Source of the DNA: Psychrobacter sp.
GTDB taxonomy: Bacteria; Pseudomonadota; Gammaproteobacteria; Pseudomonadales; Moraxellaceae
Assembly: GCF_036731945.1 (NCBI RefSeq)
Contig: NZ_DAINDI010000011.1
Coordinates: forward strand, 9,592-60,478
Direction of reading: 5' to 3'
DNA: 50,887 bases
Every line of letters starts with the position of its first letter. The first letter of the stretch is position 1. Made by a program: the position numbers and the translations under genes. Below are positions 8,482 to 17,791 of this stretch, in pieces. The notes under the pieces were generated by a model that saw only the letters and a program-made list of their open reading frames with translations, had not been told where the DNA came from and did no database searches.

Positions 8482-9489
8482 CTATTCCGTGCCTGTGTCG
8501 ATGCTTGGAGTATCTCGCGGCGTATAACCGAAATGCTGCTTATAAATACGAGCAAAGTAACCTTGATCGCCGTAGCCGACTCTATGCGCCACTTCATCGA
8601 TGGTCACATAACTTTTGGTTTTTAAAATATGATTGGCCTGCTTTAAGCGCAATTCTTTTACCCATTCCGAAAAACTATAGGGCAACTCAGCAAACAGCTT
8701 ATGCAAGTATCTGACCGATATATGACAAGCAGCAGCGACCATCGCTGGGGTTAAAGCGGGGTTTTCTAGGTGCAGATGGACGTAATGCTCGATGCGCTTT
8801 AGGTGTACCGACTGTATGGACGAGCTGCTACTCATCATCACCTCTTTCGGGGTGCTCAATGTCAATACAATAAGGTTAAGCAGCTGCTGTTCTAGGATTT
8901 TAACCTCTAAAGCCGCCAATTTATGTTGTTGAATCAGCTCTAATATTTGTTTGATTTGAAAAACCAGCAACCTGCCTGCCCCTTCATCAATAGACAGACT
9001 GCGGGCAAACTGCCGTTCTATGGTGCCCATCTGCGGGGTTAATAGCGCCAAAGGCACCTTAATTACATATAACGACACCTGCTGCAAATGATAAAACTCA
9101 TAAGGTAAGTTTGATAACTCAATAAAAAACTGACCCGGGCTTGAGGTTAATTGGCGGTTTTTTTGCGCAAAACGAACGCTACCGGTCACAGGAAAGGTGA
9201 TTAAAATACTGTCGTCGCTGCGATTATTACTATTGCCGTGACTAGACTGATTGCTCGCTAAGCTGCGTTTATAATATACGGTACTGGCATGATAATGAGA
9301 TACGCCGATATCTAAAAGCTTGGCGTGTTGCAAATAACCAGAAAACTGGCTTGGCTGGCGAAAGCTGACATTGAGATCAAAATAGGTGTCGTTGATGGTG
9401 CGCTTCCAATCAAACGCGTCTAATGTTTGAGGAGCACTTATCGGAGGCGTTGAAGGTAACCATAAGGAAGGGGTTAATTTTGCATTCAT
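8482..9489 (-). CDS. AraC-family transcriptional regulator (FeaR/OplR-like), probable lactamase activator
   Basis: C-terminal double HTH (LTPAMVAAACHISVRYLHKLF; IDEVAHRVGYGDQGYFARIYKQHFGYTPR). FeaR-type N-terminal domain. Lies directly downstream of the lactamase genes. Confidence 0.85.
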   Translation of the reverse strand: MNAKLTPSLWLPSTPPISAPQTLDAFDWKRTINDTYFDLNVSFRQPSQFSGYLQHAKLLDIGVSHYHASTVYYKRSLASNQSSHGNSNNRSDDSILITFPVTGSVRFAQKNRQLTSSPGQFFIELSNLPYEFYHLQQVSLYVIKVPLALLTPQMGTIERQFARSLSIDEGAGRLLVFQIKQILELIQQHKLAALEVKILEQQLLNLIVLTLSTPKEVMMSSSSSIQSVHLKRIEHYVHLHLENPALTPAMVAAACHISVRYLHKLFAELPYSFSEWVKELRLKQANHILKTKSYVTIDEVAHRVGYGDQGYFARIYKQHFGYTPRDTPSIDTGTE

Positions 9490-9644
9490 CCTTGAATACT
9501 CTGTGTGTAAAAATAGCTATCACAAAATTGATAGGCATTTAGGCATCATGCCAGCTAATAAAATGCCGTTCTCCTTTATATCATACCTGTATGACGACTG
9601 GATTTCTAAATATGATGCGTACTAAATACGATATCAAAAATAAA

Positions 9645-9675
9645 ATCAGGCATTAAATGAGATTTAATGCCTGAT
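9645..9675 (-). terminator. Terminator hairpin after the lactamase A subunit
   Basis: ATCAGGCATTAAAT-GAG-ATTTAATGCCTGAT, a perfect 14-bp stem followed by T-rich sequence on the minus strand. Confidence 0.75.
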
Positions 9676-9712
9676 GGGAAAACTAGAAAGCGATAACGAT
9701 AAAAACAGTAAG

Positions 9713-11794
9713 CTAAGCGGCTTTGGTTAGCTTATAAGTACCCGTTTCATGCAATTCTGCTTGCCAGCCTTTTTTAATCACAATCGTGGTGGTTGGTTCT
9801 TTAATAAGCGCCGGCCCTGCAATCAGCGCCCCTGCCCCAAATTCCTCACCATTATAAATAGGCGTATCAATCCATTCGTATTCTTGATCCATGATCATCT
9901 CACGGCTACCTACTTGCGCTTGACTGACATCACCTTGTTGCTTAGCAAGCTCTGGTAGCTTAGGCTTACTGATTTTACCGATGACAGCGACTTCGATATT
10001 AACCAGCTCGACCTTGTTGTCACGCTCATCATAAGTATAGAGCTCTTTATGACGGTGATGGAAGGCTTCCAAAATCGTTTGCACGCTATCGGCATCAAGC
10101 TTGCCATTGGGTATCAGCACATTACACTCATGCACCTGACCGACGTAACGCATCTCCATGGTACGCTCGATGATGATATCATCTTCTGCAAAGCCATCTT
10201 CTAACAGCTTTTGTACGCCTAGGCTTTCTAGCTCATGTAAGGTAGCATTGAGCGACTGTAGCTCTGAATCTGGCGCAATAATCATCATCTGTGTGGCAAG
10301 ATAGTTATATTTAATATCAGAGATGATTTGACCAAAGGCGCAAAGACATGAGGCAATCTTTGGTATCAAGATAGTACCAATCCCCATCTCTTCGGCCAAG
10401 TCGACAATATGCATGCCACCTGCGCCACCGGCACAGATTAATGCAAAGTCGCGAGGGTCATAGCCTTTTTCAATGGTAATACGGCGAATACCGTTTGCCA
10501 TGTTTTGATTAACAATGGCACTGATACCAAAGGCGGCATGTGCCAAGTCAATTTTTAATGGATCGGCGATATGTTTTTGTACCGCTTGTAGCGCTTTGTC
10601 TTTATCCAAAGTCACGCAGCCGCCTAGCACGGCATCGGGCTCAAGGTAACCTAACACCAGATTGGCATCAGTCACCGTCGGCAACTCACCACCTTTACCA
10701 TAAGACGCAGGACCTGGGGTCGCGCCAGCACTTTGTGGACCGACCTCGAGCATACCAAAGTTATTTACATGACCAATAGAGCCGCCGCCTGCGCCCAATG
10801 TTTCGACATGAATCATCGGCACGCCAATGCGATTGCGTAAAAAATCAATATCACGGTTTAAGCTGGTTCGGCCAGATTTGGCCATGGTGATGTCAAAAGA
10901 CGTACCGCCCATATCAACGGTAATAATATTATCAATACCAAAGGCGCTGGCAATATACAGTCCTGCTTGCGGTGCTGATGCCGGTCCTGAATTGATGGCA
11001 TTAACTGCACGTTCACGCATGATGTTACCGACTGCAAGCCCGCCATTTGACTGAAAGTAACGAACGGGCTGCTCAGCACCGAGCGCTTTAAAGTAATCAT
11101 CAATCTTATGTACATAAGACGCCATAACCGGACTTAAATAGGCATTGACCAATGTCGTTGAGGTACGCGTATATTCCTTAATCTGCGGATATACTTCACT
11201 ACCGCAGCAGACAAACACCCCCGGCATGTGCTGCTCAATCAGCTCTTTGGCACGCTGTTCGTGCTCGGTATTACGGATAGACCACACAAAAGAGATGGCA
11301 ACCGCTTGCACGTCTTGCTGTTTTAACACTTCAATCGCATCGAGGATATCTTGCTCATTTAACGGCTCGTGTTCGCTGCCGTCTGCTAAGATACGACCAC
11401 GGATAGGAAAGCGGCGGTCACGCGTAGCAATCTGCGGCGCTGGCGGGTAACTGGCATCATAGCGGTGTCCTTCTTCTTTGTGCCCTAAGCGTATCTCGAT
11501 ACTGTCTTCATGTCCTTTGGTACATAGCAATCCTACTTTTACGCCTGTCATCTGAATCAGCGCATTTAGGGCGACGGTCGTACCATTAATACACAAGTCG
11601 CAGGCTTGAATGATATCCTCGATAGGACGGTTAAATTTATTGGCAATTTGCTGGAGACCATTGGCAATGGCTAAGGTGCCATCCTCTGGGGTCGATGGCG
11701 CTTTAAACAGATGAATGTCACCGGTTTTTTCTGCCAAGACAAAATCTGTAAAAGTCCCGCCAGCATCAACGCCAATACGAAAATCGTTGTTCAT
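9713..11794 (-). CDS. capA: Hydantoinase A / oxoprolinase-family ATP-binding subunit, caprolactamase CapA/OplA-like
   Basis: IGVDAGGTFTDF, SGPASAP, VDMGGTSFD, VETLGAGGGSI, GPQSAGATPGPA, GGAGGMH. Family call is secure; the specific capA call is from recalled similarity. Confidence 0.75.
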   Translation of the reverse strand: MNNDFRIGVDAGGTFTDFVLAEKTGDIHLFKAPSTPEDGTLAIANGLQQIANKFNRPIEDIIQACDLCINGTTVALNALIQMTGVKVGLLCTKGHEDSIEIRLGHKEEGHRYDASYPPAPQIATRDRRFPIRGRILADGSEHEPLNEQDILDAIEVLKQQDVQAVAISFVWSIRNTEHEQRAKELIEQHMPGVFVCCGSEVYPQIKEYTRTSTTLVNAYLSPVMASYVHKIDDYFKALGAEQPVRYFQSNGGLAVGNIMRERAVNAINSGPASAPQAGLYIASAFGIDNIITVDMGGTSFDITMAKSGRTSLNRDIDFLRNRIGVPMIHVETLGAGGGSIGHVNNFGMLEVGPQSAGATPGPASYGKGGELPTVTDANLVLGYLEPDAVLGGCVTLDKDKALQAVQKHIADPLKIDLAHAAFGISAIVNQNMANGIRRITIEKGYDPRDFALICAGGAGGMHIVDLAEEMGIGTILIPKIASCLCAFGQIISDIKYNYLATQMMIIAPDSELQSLNATLHELESLGVQKLLEDGFAEDDIIIERTMEMRYVGQVHECNVLIPNGKLDADSVQTILEAFHHRHKELYTYDERDNKVELVNIEVAVIGKISKPKLPELAKQQGDVSQAQVGSREMIMDQEYEWIDTPIYNGEEFGAGALIAGPALIKEPTTTIVIKKGWQAELHETGTYKLTKAA

Positions 11795-11834
11795 AAGTCA
11801 TCCTTAACTCAATCATGAAAGTTCAATGTGTGTT

Positions 11835-13598
11835 TTATGCGGTTATCTGGCGACGTAAGTACTCAGTTTCGGCTTCATTGAGCGTCAAAGTTTCTGGGTC
11901 AATTACCACGCCGTATTCAATCTTTGCCGCAGCAATTGAGATAATTCTTTCTTTTACATCCTTGATGACCGCTTGAATATCGCGATCAAATGAGCTGCCG
12001 TAGCCGCCGCCACCCGGATTGATATTGCGCGCGCGTTCACCCGGCGTGATTTCCGTAACAGTGTTTTTTCTATATAAGTCCGTTTGCCCGTCTTTATGTA
12101 GTATCTCTAGACGCCCAACTTTGAGCTCAGGTGAGATTTGTTCCGCGCCGCCAGCGCCCATAGTAGGATGCTGGCGACCTTCGCCAAAGGCAATAACCGT
12201 CATAGTATGATCTAATGGCTCAACTTCCCAAACCGTACCACAGCCGCCGCGGTACTCGCCTGCGCCGCCACTGTCTTCTGCCAAGCCATATTTATGGATC
12301 AAGATAGGATACTGGTACTCTAAAAGCTCAATGTCTCCCGAGCTTAACGCGCCAAAGCAGCTTAATGGCCCACAAGCGTGCCAGCCATCCATCTGCTGGG
12401 TTGCACCAGCGCCTGAAATAATAGACGCCAAAATCATGGTGACGTATTGCTCGCCAGTTTTTGGGTCGATACCAGCGATATTAATCCCTGATGAATGCCC
12501 CCAAGAGGCGGTAACACGCTCTGGCGCGGCCGCTTCAAATGCCATTCGTACTGCGTCAGTTAAGGTTTCCATCGGCGTGGTCGTACAGTTAACGTGCGGC
12601 GCTGGTTCCTTGGCATTACATAAAGTGCCATGCTCACCCAAATCAACGGTCACACAGCGATATAAGCCTTCGTTATACGGCGGCTCTACTTGGGCAAACA
12701 TCATTAGCCCAAGCAATACCCCTGACATCGAGTTACCAGCATAAGAGTTGATAAAATAAGGGACTTGCGGCGGACTGGTGATTTGAATATGCACGTCGCT
12801 GTCTTTGATGACAATGTCGGCGCTGATGGTCATATCACCTAAGCCATGACCTGAGTCTTCTAATACTGCCTCGCCATGATAATCGCCATCTGGGATAGAC
12901 GAGATTAACGAGCGCATATGATGGTCAGCCATACTATTTAGCTCTTCAATCGCGCCGCGCACCGTCTCAATGCCATATTTGTCTAACAGCGCAATCATGT
13001 TGCGCTCACCGACGGCACACGCGCCGTACTGAGCATTAAGATCGCCTTCTTGATTACGGCGTGAGCGCATATTACTGTGCAGCAAATTAATGACGTCATG
13101 GCGTTTGACGCCTTTTTCCCAAATCTTAATGGGCGGAATGCGTAAGCCTTCGGCATATATCTCTTTAGCATCAGGATTATAGCCGGCGGGTACAGGACCA
13201 CCGATATCAGTGACATGACCTTTACAGACTGTCCAAAAGACCAGCTCACCTTTATAAAATACCGGCTTATACATACAGCAATCTAGGATATGGCTGCCCA
13301 TCATCACAGGGTCGTTATGATAAATCACATCGCCTTCATGAATGTCATCACCATAATATTCGGCGACAGCTTTCATGGCGGGCATCAGTGAGCCTAAATG
13401 AATGGGAATGTCTTGCCCTTGCAAAATCATCTCAGGCAAATGATCAAACAGCGCATTACTATAGTCATGAGCTAAGTTAAAGACACTCGAACGGGCGGTT
13501 TTTTCTAAGGTGGTTGTCATCTCACGCTGCGCCGTTTCTAGGGCGCCACGTACGACAGACAAGGTAATGGGATCTATAGAGGGGTGAGCGTTGCTCAT
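11835..13598 (-). CDS. capB: Hydantoinase B / oxoprolinase-family catalytic subunit, caprolactamase CapB/OplB-like
   Basis: DPITLSVVRGALETAQREM, AHDYSNALFD, HNDP..GSHILD, GHVTDIGGPVPAGYNP, EIYAEGLRIPP, PGGGGYG. Family call is secure; the specific capB call is from recalled similarity. Confidence 0.75.
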   Translation of the reverse strand: MSNAHPSIDPITLSVVRGALETAQREMTTTLEKTARSSVFNLAHDYSNALFDHLPEMILQGQDIPIHLGSLMPAMKAVAEYYGDDIHEGDVIYHNDPVMMGSHILDCCMYKPVFYKGELVFWTVCKGHVTDIGGPVPAGYNPDAKEIYAEGLRIPPIKIWEKGVKRHDVINLLHSNMRSRRNQEGDLNAQYGACAVGERNMIALLDKYGIETVRGAIEELNSMADHHMRSLISSIPDGDYHGEAVLEDSGHGLGDMTISADIVIKDSDVHIQITSPPQVPYFINSYAGNSMSGVLLGLMMFAQVEPPYNEGLYRCVTVDLGEHGTLCNAKEPAPHVNCTTTPMETLTDAVRMAFEAAAPERVTASWGHSSGINIAGIDPKTGEQYVTMILASIISGAGATQQMDGWHACGPLSCFGALSSGDIELLEYQYPILIHKYGLAEDSGGAGEYRGGCGTVWEVEPLDHTMTVIAFGEGRQHPTMGAGGAEQISPELKVGRLEILHKDGQTDLYRKNTVTEITPGERARNINPGGGGYGSSFDRDIQAVIKDVKERIISIAAAKIEYGVVIDPETLTLNEAETEYLRRQITA

Positions 13599-13748
13599 AA
13601 AAGACTCCTTGTCGAGAAATTTGGGTCAGAACAAGTGCATTTGCATAGGCGAAATAAAAGAATATTCCGGTCTATATGACCATTTATCCTTATCCTTCAG
13701 CGTGCGCTTTATCTGGCTTATCATCTATCCTAATGATCAAGCTTTTTC

Positions 13749-13811
13749 ACTATAGCTAGGTTTTGGTCAAATAGATGGACTGTGCGTGCAGAGTTTTTGA
13801 CTGTGAGTGTA
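13749..13811 (-). promoter_or_regulatory. Putative AraC-activated promoter of the lactamase operon
   Basis: Direct repeats GACTGTGCGTGCA (13778-13790) and GACTGTGAGTGTA (13799-13811), period 21 bp. They abut a poor -35 position 17 bp from a minus-strand TATAGT -10 (13749-13754). Confidence 0.65.
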
Positions 13812-13925
13812 CAGCTGTAGCTATAAAAAGTTTGTTTATCTCCTATTAAGCAAACAAAGCTATTGCCAATGAATCTATATATAGGGTAAATTTCAACTCC
13901 TACTACCAACAAAATTTGATTAAAT

Positions 13926-16298
13926 ATGCCAAGAACCACTATGAACGCCAAATCACTTGCAACTAAGGTACGTCAATTAAGCTTAGCTATCTCGTTAGCG
14001 TTAGCATCACTTACCATCGTTTCAATAACAACGACACAAAGCGCCCACGCCGACACTTGTAGTTGTGATCAAGGTAAATTGTATTCCATTGAAATTGATG
14101 AGCTAAACAACGCCCACCCTCATAAGCTAACATTAACAGCCAACAATGCTTATTATCAGCTTATCGATGATAAAGGTGCTGTCGTTCAAGACAAGTTATA
14201 TGACATCAAAGCCTATGAAGATGGGCGTATTGTCGCCAAACGTCATGGCTACTTTGGCGCTATTGATGCAACTGGAAAGATGGTTTTAGACTTCAAATAT
14301 GGTGCTATTGAGGTTTTAGACAATAATTTTTATCATCTAACCAAGTATTTTGGTAGTAAAGAAGCCACCGCAATAGCCAATAGCGCAGGTGATTGGCTTT
14401 ATCCTGCCAGCAAAGTATTCGATAAAGATATCCAAACTAATTATCTGTATGCGGATAAAACTAATAACGTTACCTACTTTATGATTTCAAAAGATGGTAA
14501 ATACGGTTTAATCAATGATAAAAAACAGACTTTGATTACCCCTGTGTATGACCAGTTAGAGTTGCTAGACACCTGCCCTAATGAACGTCTGTTTATGAAG
14601 GCAAAATTAGGGGACAAAGTTGGTTTAATCGATCAGTATCAAAAAGTCGTCGTACCCTTTACCAAAAATATAGATATCGAAAACTTTAATGAAGATAAGC
14701 AGATATTCAGTGTTAAGTCCTACGTTCCTAAAGGCACTGGCAATATTGGTCATTTGAATAGAGAGACCGTTATTTCCGAAAACCTAATAAATGGTAAAGG
14801 TGTACCGCTAATAAAATCTGACGCCAGTATTAGACTGCTAAACAGCCATTTATATGAGTATAAAAAATCTGGTCAGTACGGCATCATTAATAATAGTGGG
14901 GCCATCGTACTACCAGCGAGCTTTGACTATTTATACAGTCAGTATAGCCAATATAACGCTCCTATCTTGGCCGCCTACAATCAAAAAATAGGTATTGTTA
15001 CCAAGGGCGCTGATAGCAAACTTAAGGTCAGTGAATTCTATGATGGCCTTGAGCTAAATGAAGACAGTACTTACACTTTGCATGAAATAGAGAGTCAATT
15101 ATTAAAAAATGGGGAGGACGCCAGTACTGAAGAGGAAGTCATTTATGAGGCTACAAGCGCTGAAGAAGCTACTGAAGAAGCGGATAATACGCTTGGAGCG
15201 ACCCTATACAACCCATCTAATAGCTCATATATTGCTCAAATAAATCATAAGTTTGGTTTGGTTAATAGCAACAACAAGGTATTGATACCCATCATTTACG
15301 ATGAACTCAGCTATTTCAATAGGTTTATAAAGGTAAAAAAAGACAATAAGTATGGCTTACTGATAGATAATAATGAGACAGTAAAAGCACTTATTTATGA
15401 TGATATTACCCCACTTAGCGACTCACATGGAACCGAGGATAATATCGGTATTGTCTTTACCAAAGGCAATCAGCAACAACTCACTAATGAATTTGGCAGT
15501 ATCATAACGCCATTTTCTGACTATCGATTTGTGGATAATAAACTTGATTACTTAGACAATATGAGTGTGATTGAAAAAGACGGCAAATACGGCTTATTCA
15601 GCGTAAAAGAAAAGAAGGTACTTATTCAGCCTATATATGAGGATATGTATGAGCGTATCTATAACGACAGCATCCTTGCCCAATTAAATGGCAAAAAAGT
15701 ATTAATAGATACGTCAGGCAAAGTACTGATTAGTGATTTGTCACAATATGCTGCAATTGAGCGATCAAATAATGAAAACAATATCATCGTAAAAACAAAC
15801 GACGATAAATACGGGGTGATTGACTACAAGGGTAAAACCATCATACCAGCCGTTTATGATTCTTTAGAACTACAAGGGCTATCAAATAACTATGAGGCTG
15901 TATGGGGTGAGAACAAAGCCCCTCTACTGCTATACATCGTAGGAAAAAATGGCAAACACGGTATTTTTGCTCATAACGGCAGCGTTGTAGCACCAATAGC
16001 ATATGATTATATACAATCTCTTATTTACCCCGCTTATTTAGCAGTCGTCAAAGATAAAAGCGCTGACAGCGAGACCGTTGGTGAAGCCAATAATTTAGGT
16101 TTAATGAATTTATCAGGTAAAGTGGTACTTGATATGAAATACTATGATGTTAGAACGAATCTTTATGATCCTGAAGGCAGGCTGTATGCCATCAACAGAC
16201 ATAAAAACATAGTGGAAACTTACGATAAGAAGCTGACCTTCATTAAAACCCAAAGTTTGCAGGCGTTTATAGATACCAATGAATGGTATAAAGAATAA
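13926..16298 (+). CDS. Exported WG-repeat (KWG-type) protein
   Basis: Signal peptide ending SAHA. Many K.GKYG(L/I)I(N/D)..G..(V/L)IP..YD repeats. Start may be 13941. Confidence 0.85.
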   Translation: MPRTTMNAKSLATKVRQLSLAISLALASLTIVSITTTQSAHADTCSCDQGKLYSIEIDELNNAHPHKLTLTANNAYYQLIDDKGAVVQDKLYDIKAYEDGRIVAKRHGYFGAIDATGKMVLDFKYGAIEVLDNNFYHLTKYFGSKEATAIANSAGDWLYPASKVFDKDIQTNYLYADKTNNVTYFMISKDGKYGLINDKKQTLITPVYDQLELLDTCPNERLFMKAKLGDKVGLIDQYQKVVVPFTKNIDIENFNEDKQIFSVKSYVPKGTGNIGHLNRETVISENLINGKGVPLIKSDASIRLLNSHLYEYKKSGQYGIINNSGAIVLPASFDYLYSQYSQYNAPILAAYNQKIGIVTKGADSKLKVSEFYDGLELNEDSTYTLHEIESQLLKNGEDASTEEEVIYEATSAEEATEEADNTLGATLYNPSNSSYIAQINHKFGLVNSNNKVLIPIIYDELSYFNRFIKVKKDNKYGLLIDNNETVKALIYDDITPLSDSHGTEDNIGIVFTKGNQQQLTNEFGSIITPFSDYRFVDNKLDYLDNMSVIEKDGKYGLFSVKEKKVLIQPIYEDMYERIYNDSILAQLNGKKVLIDTSGKVLISDLSQYAAIERSNNENNIIVKTNDDKYGVIDYKGKTIIPAVYDSLELQGLSNNYEAVWGENKAPLLLYIVGKNGKHGIFAHNGSVVAPIAYDYIQSLIYPAYLAVVKDKSADSETVGEANNLGLMNLSGKVVLDMKYYDVRTNLYDPEGRLYAINRHKNIVETYDKKLTFIKTQSLQAFIDTNEWYKE

Positions 16299-16311
16299 AA
16301 ACAGCTAAATT

Positions 16312-17556
16312 TTACCCCACCACTAGCCGCATCATCTGGGTACTGATATAACCACCAAAAGTACCCACGGCATAGCCTAAAATACCCAAGAAAACGCCAA
16401 CTGGCGCTAGTGATGGGTGAAATGCCGTAGCGACAATCGGTGCTGATGACGCGCCGCCAGTATTGGCATTAGAACCAACTGCCAAAAAGAAGAATGGCGC
16501 ACGAATCATTCTAGCAACCGCAAAAACAATCACAACGTGAATACTCATCCATAGTAGACCAATGAGTAGTAAGCGCCACTGCGAGACAATGCCGGCGAGA
16601 TTGATTTGCATGCCGATAGCCGCGATTAAGACAAAGATAAATACCGTCCCGATTTTGGAAGCGCCAACATGGTCAAGACGGCGGACTTTGGTAAAGGAAA
16701 ACACCACCCCTATTAGGGTGATGATCACCACCATCCAAAAGAACGAGCTGGCAAAGCTGTATTGCACTGCCCAACTATAGGGTGCAAAGAAGCCTGCTAT
16801 CTGCCCACCTGCGAAATGCGCCACTCCAACCATGGCAAAACACAAGCCAAACATCACCATCAAATCATTGATAGTGGCAGGACGCGCATGGTCACGCTCA
16901 TAGCTTTCCACCGCGGCAATCACTTTATCAATACTACTGCTATCCGCCCGTAAAAACTTATCTATCTTCGCGCTGTGCTTGGCCATGACCAAAATCGCCA
17001 ATAGCCATAATGAAGCATTGGTGGTATCGACCAAAATCATCATGCCAAATAAATCATCACTGACGCCGAACAGCTCTTTCATCGCTGCTTGGTTTGCTGC
17101 CCCGCCAATCCAGCTACCTGCCACCGCTGAAAACCCACGCCATAAGGTATCGTCGGTAAACATCTCAGGTGATATCCATTTGGCAATACCTAAGCTAATC
17201 GGACCACTAATAACAATGGCAACACTGGCCGCAAAAAACATTGCAATGGCTTTCCAGCCTAAACCTAATATTTTTGGCACATCCATCGACAAGGTCATCA
17301 ATAGTAAACTGGCTGGCAACAGATAGGTGGCGGTAAAACCATAAATCTGCGAACCAATACCATCAGCAAAGACACCCAAGCTATTTAGGGTAGCGGGAAT
17401 AAAGCAGCACAGCACAATACCCGGCAGTACGGCATAAAAGCGGCGCCAAAACTTACCAGGCAGCCCTTGGGTATAAAACACCAAACCAATAATGGCCATG
17501 ATAATACCAAAGGCTAACGGCAAATTATCAATGGCTAAATGAGAAATATCGGGCAT
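16312..17556 (-). CDS. DUF819-family polytopic membrane protein
   Basis: YLLPASLLL, AGSWIGGAANQAAMKE, VGSNANTGGASSAPIVATAFHPSLAPVG. GGAG RBS before ATG at 17556. Confidence 0.85.
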   Translation of the reverse strand: MPDISHLAIDNLPLAFGIIMAIIGLVFYTQGLPGKFWRRFYAVLPGIVLCCFIPATLNSLGVFADGIGSQIYGFTATYLLPASLLLMTLSMDVPKILGLGWKAIAMFFAASVAIVISGPISLGIAKWISPEMFTDDTLWRGFSAVAGSWIGGAANQAAMKELFGVSDDLFGMMILVDTTNASLWLLAILVMAKHSAKIDKFLRADSSSIDKVIAAVESYERDHARPATINDLMVMFGLCFAMVGVAHFAGGQIAGFFAPYSWAVQYSFASSFFWMVVIITLIGVVFSFTKVRRLDHVGASKIGTVFIFVLIAAIGMQINLAGIVSQWRLLLIGLLWMSIHVVIVFAVARMIRAPFFFLAVGSNANTGGASSAPIVATAFHPSLAPVGVFLGILGYAVGTFGGYISTQMMRLVVG

Positions 17557-17693
17557 CAGACAGCTCCGCAGCACACGATGATTAAAAGCCTGTCAGTATA
17601 GACAAGGCGAAAAAGACGCGCAAGCAACGATATAGCATCGTTGACTTTTTATTAGTGAAACATACAAGTATTTTGACAAAACTTTGACGCACA

Positions 17694-17724
17694 AAAAAGC
17701 CAGATAACAAGTATCTGGCTTTTT
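17694..17724 (-). terminator. Intrinsic terminator of the DEAD-box helicase gene
   Basis: AAAAAGCCAGATA-ACAAG-TATCTGGCTTTTT. Confidence 0.85.
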
Positions 17725-17791
17725 AATATGACGCTATATGATTAATAATGACATTTATTTAAGCCATTATTAACCATTTATTATAACGTTA

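Noticed and set aside
13730..13951. 73-aa ORF upstream of capB
   Set aside because: It overlaps the predicted operator/promoter and the start of the opposite-strand gene, and has no recognisable motif.
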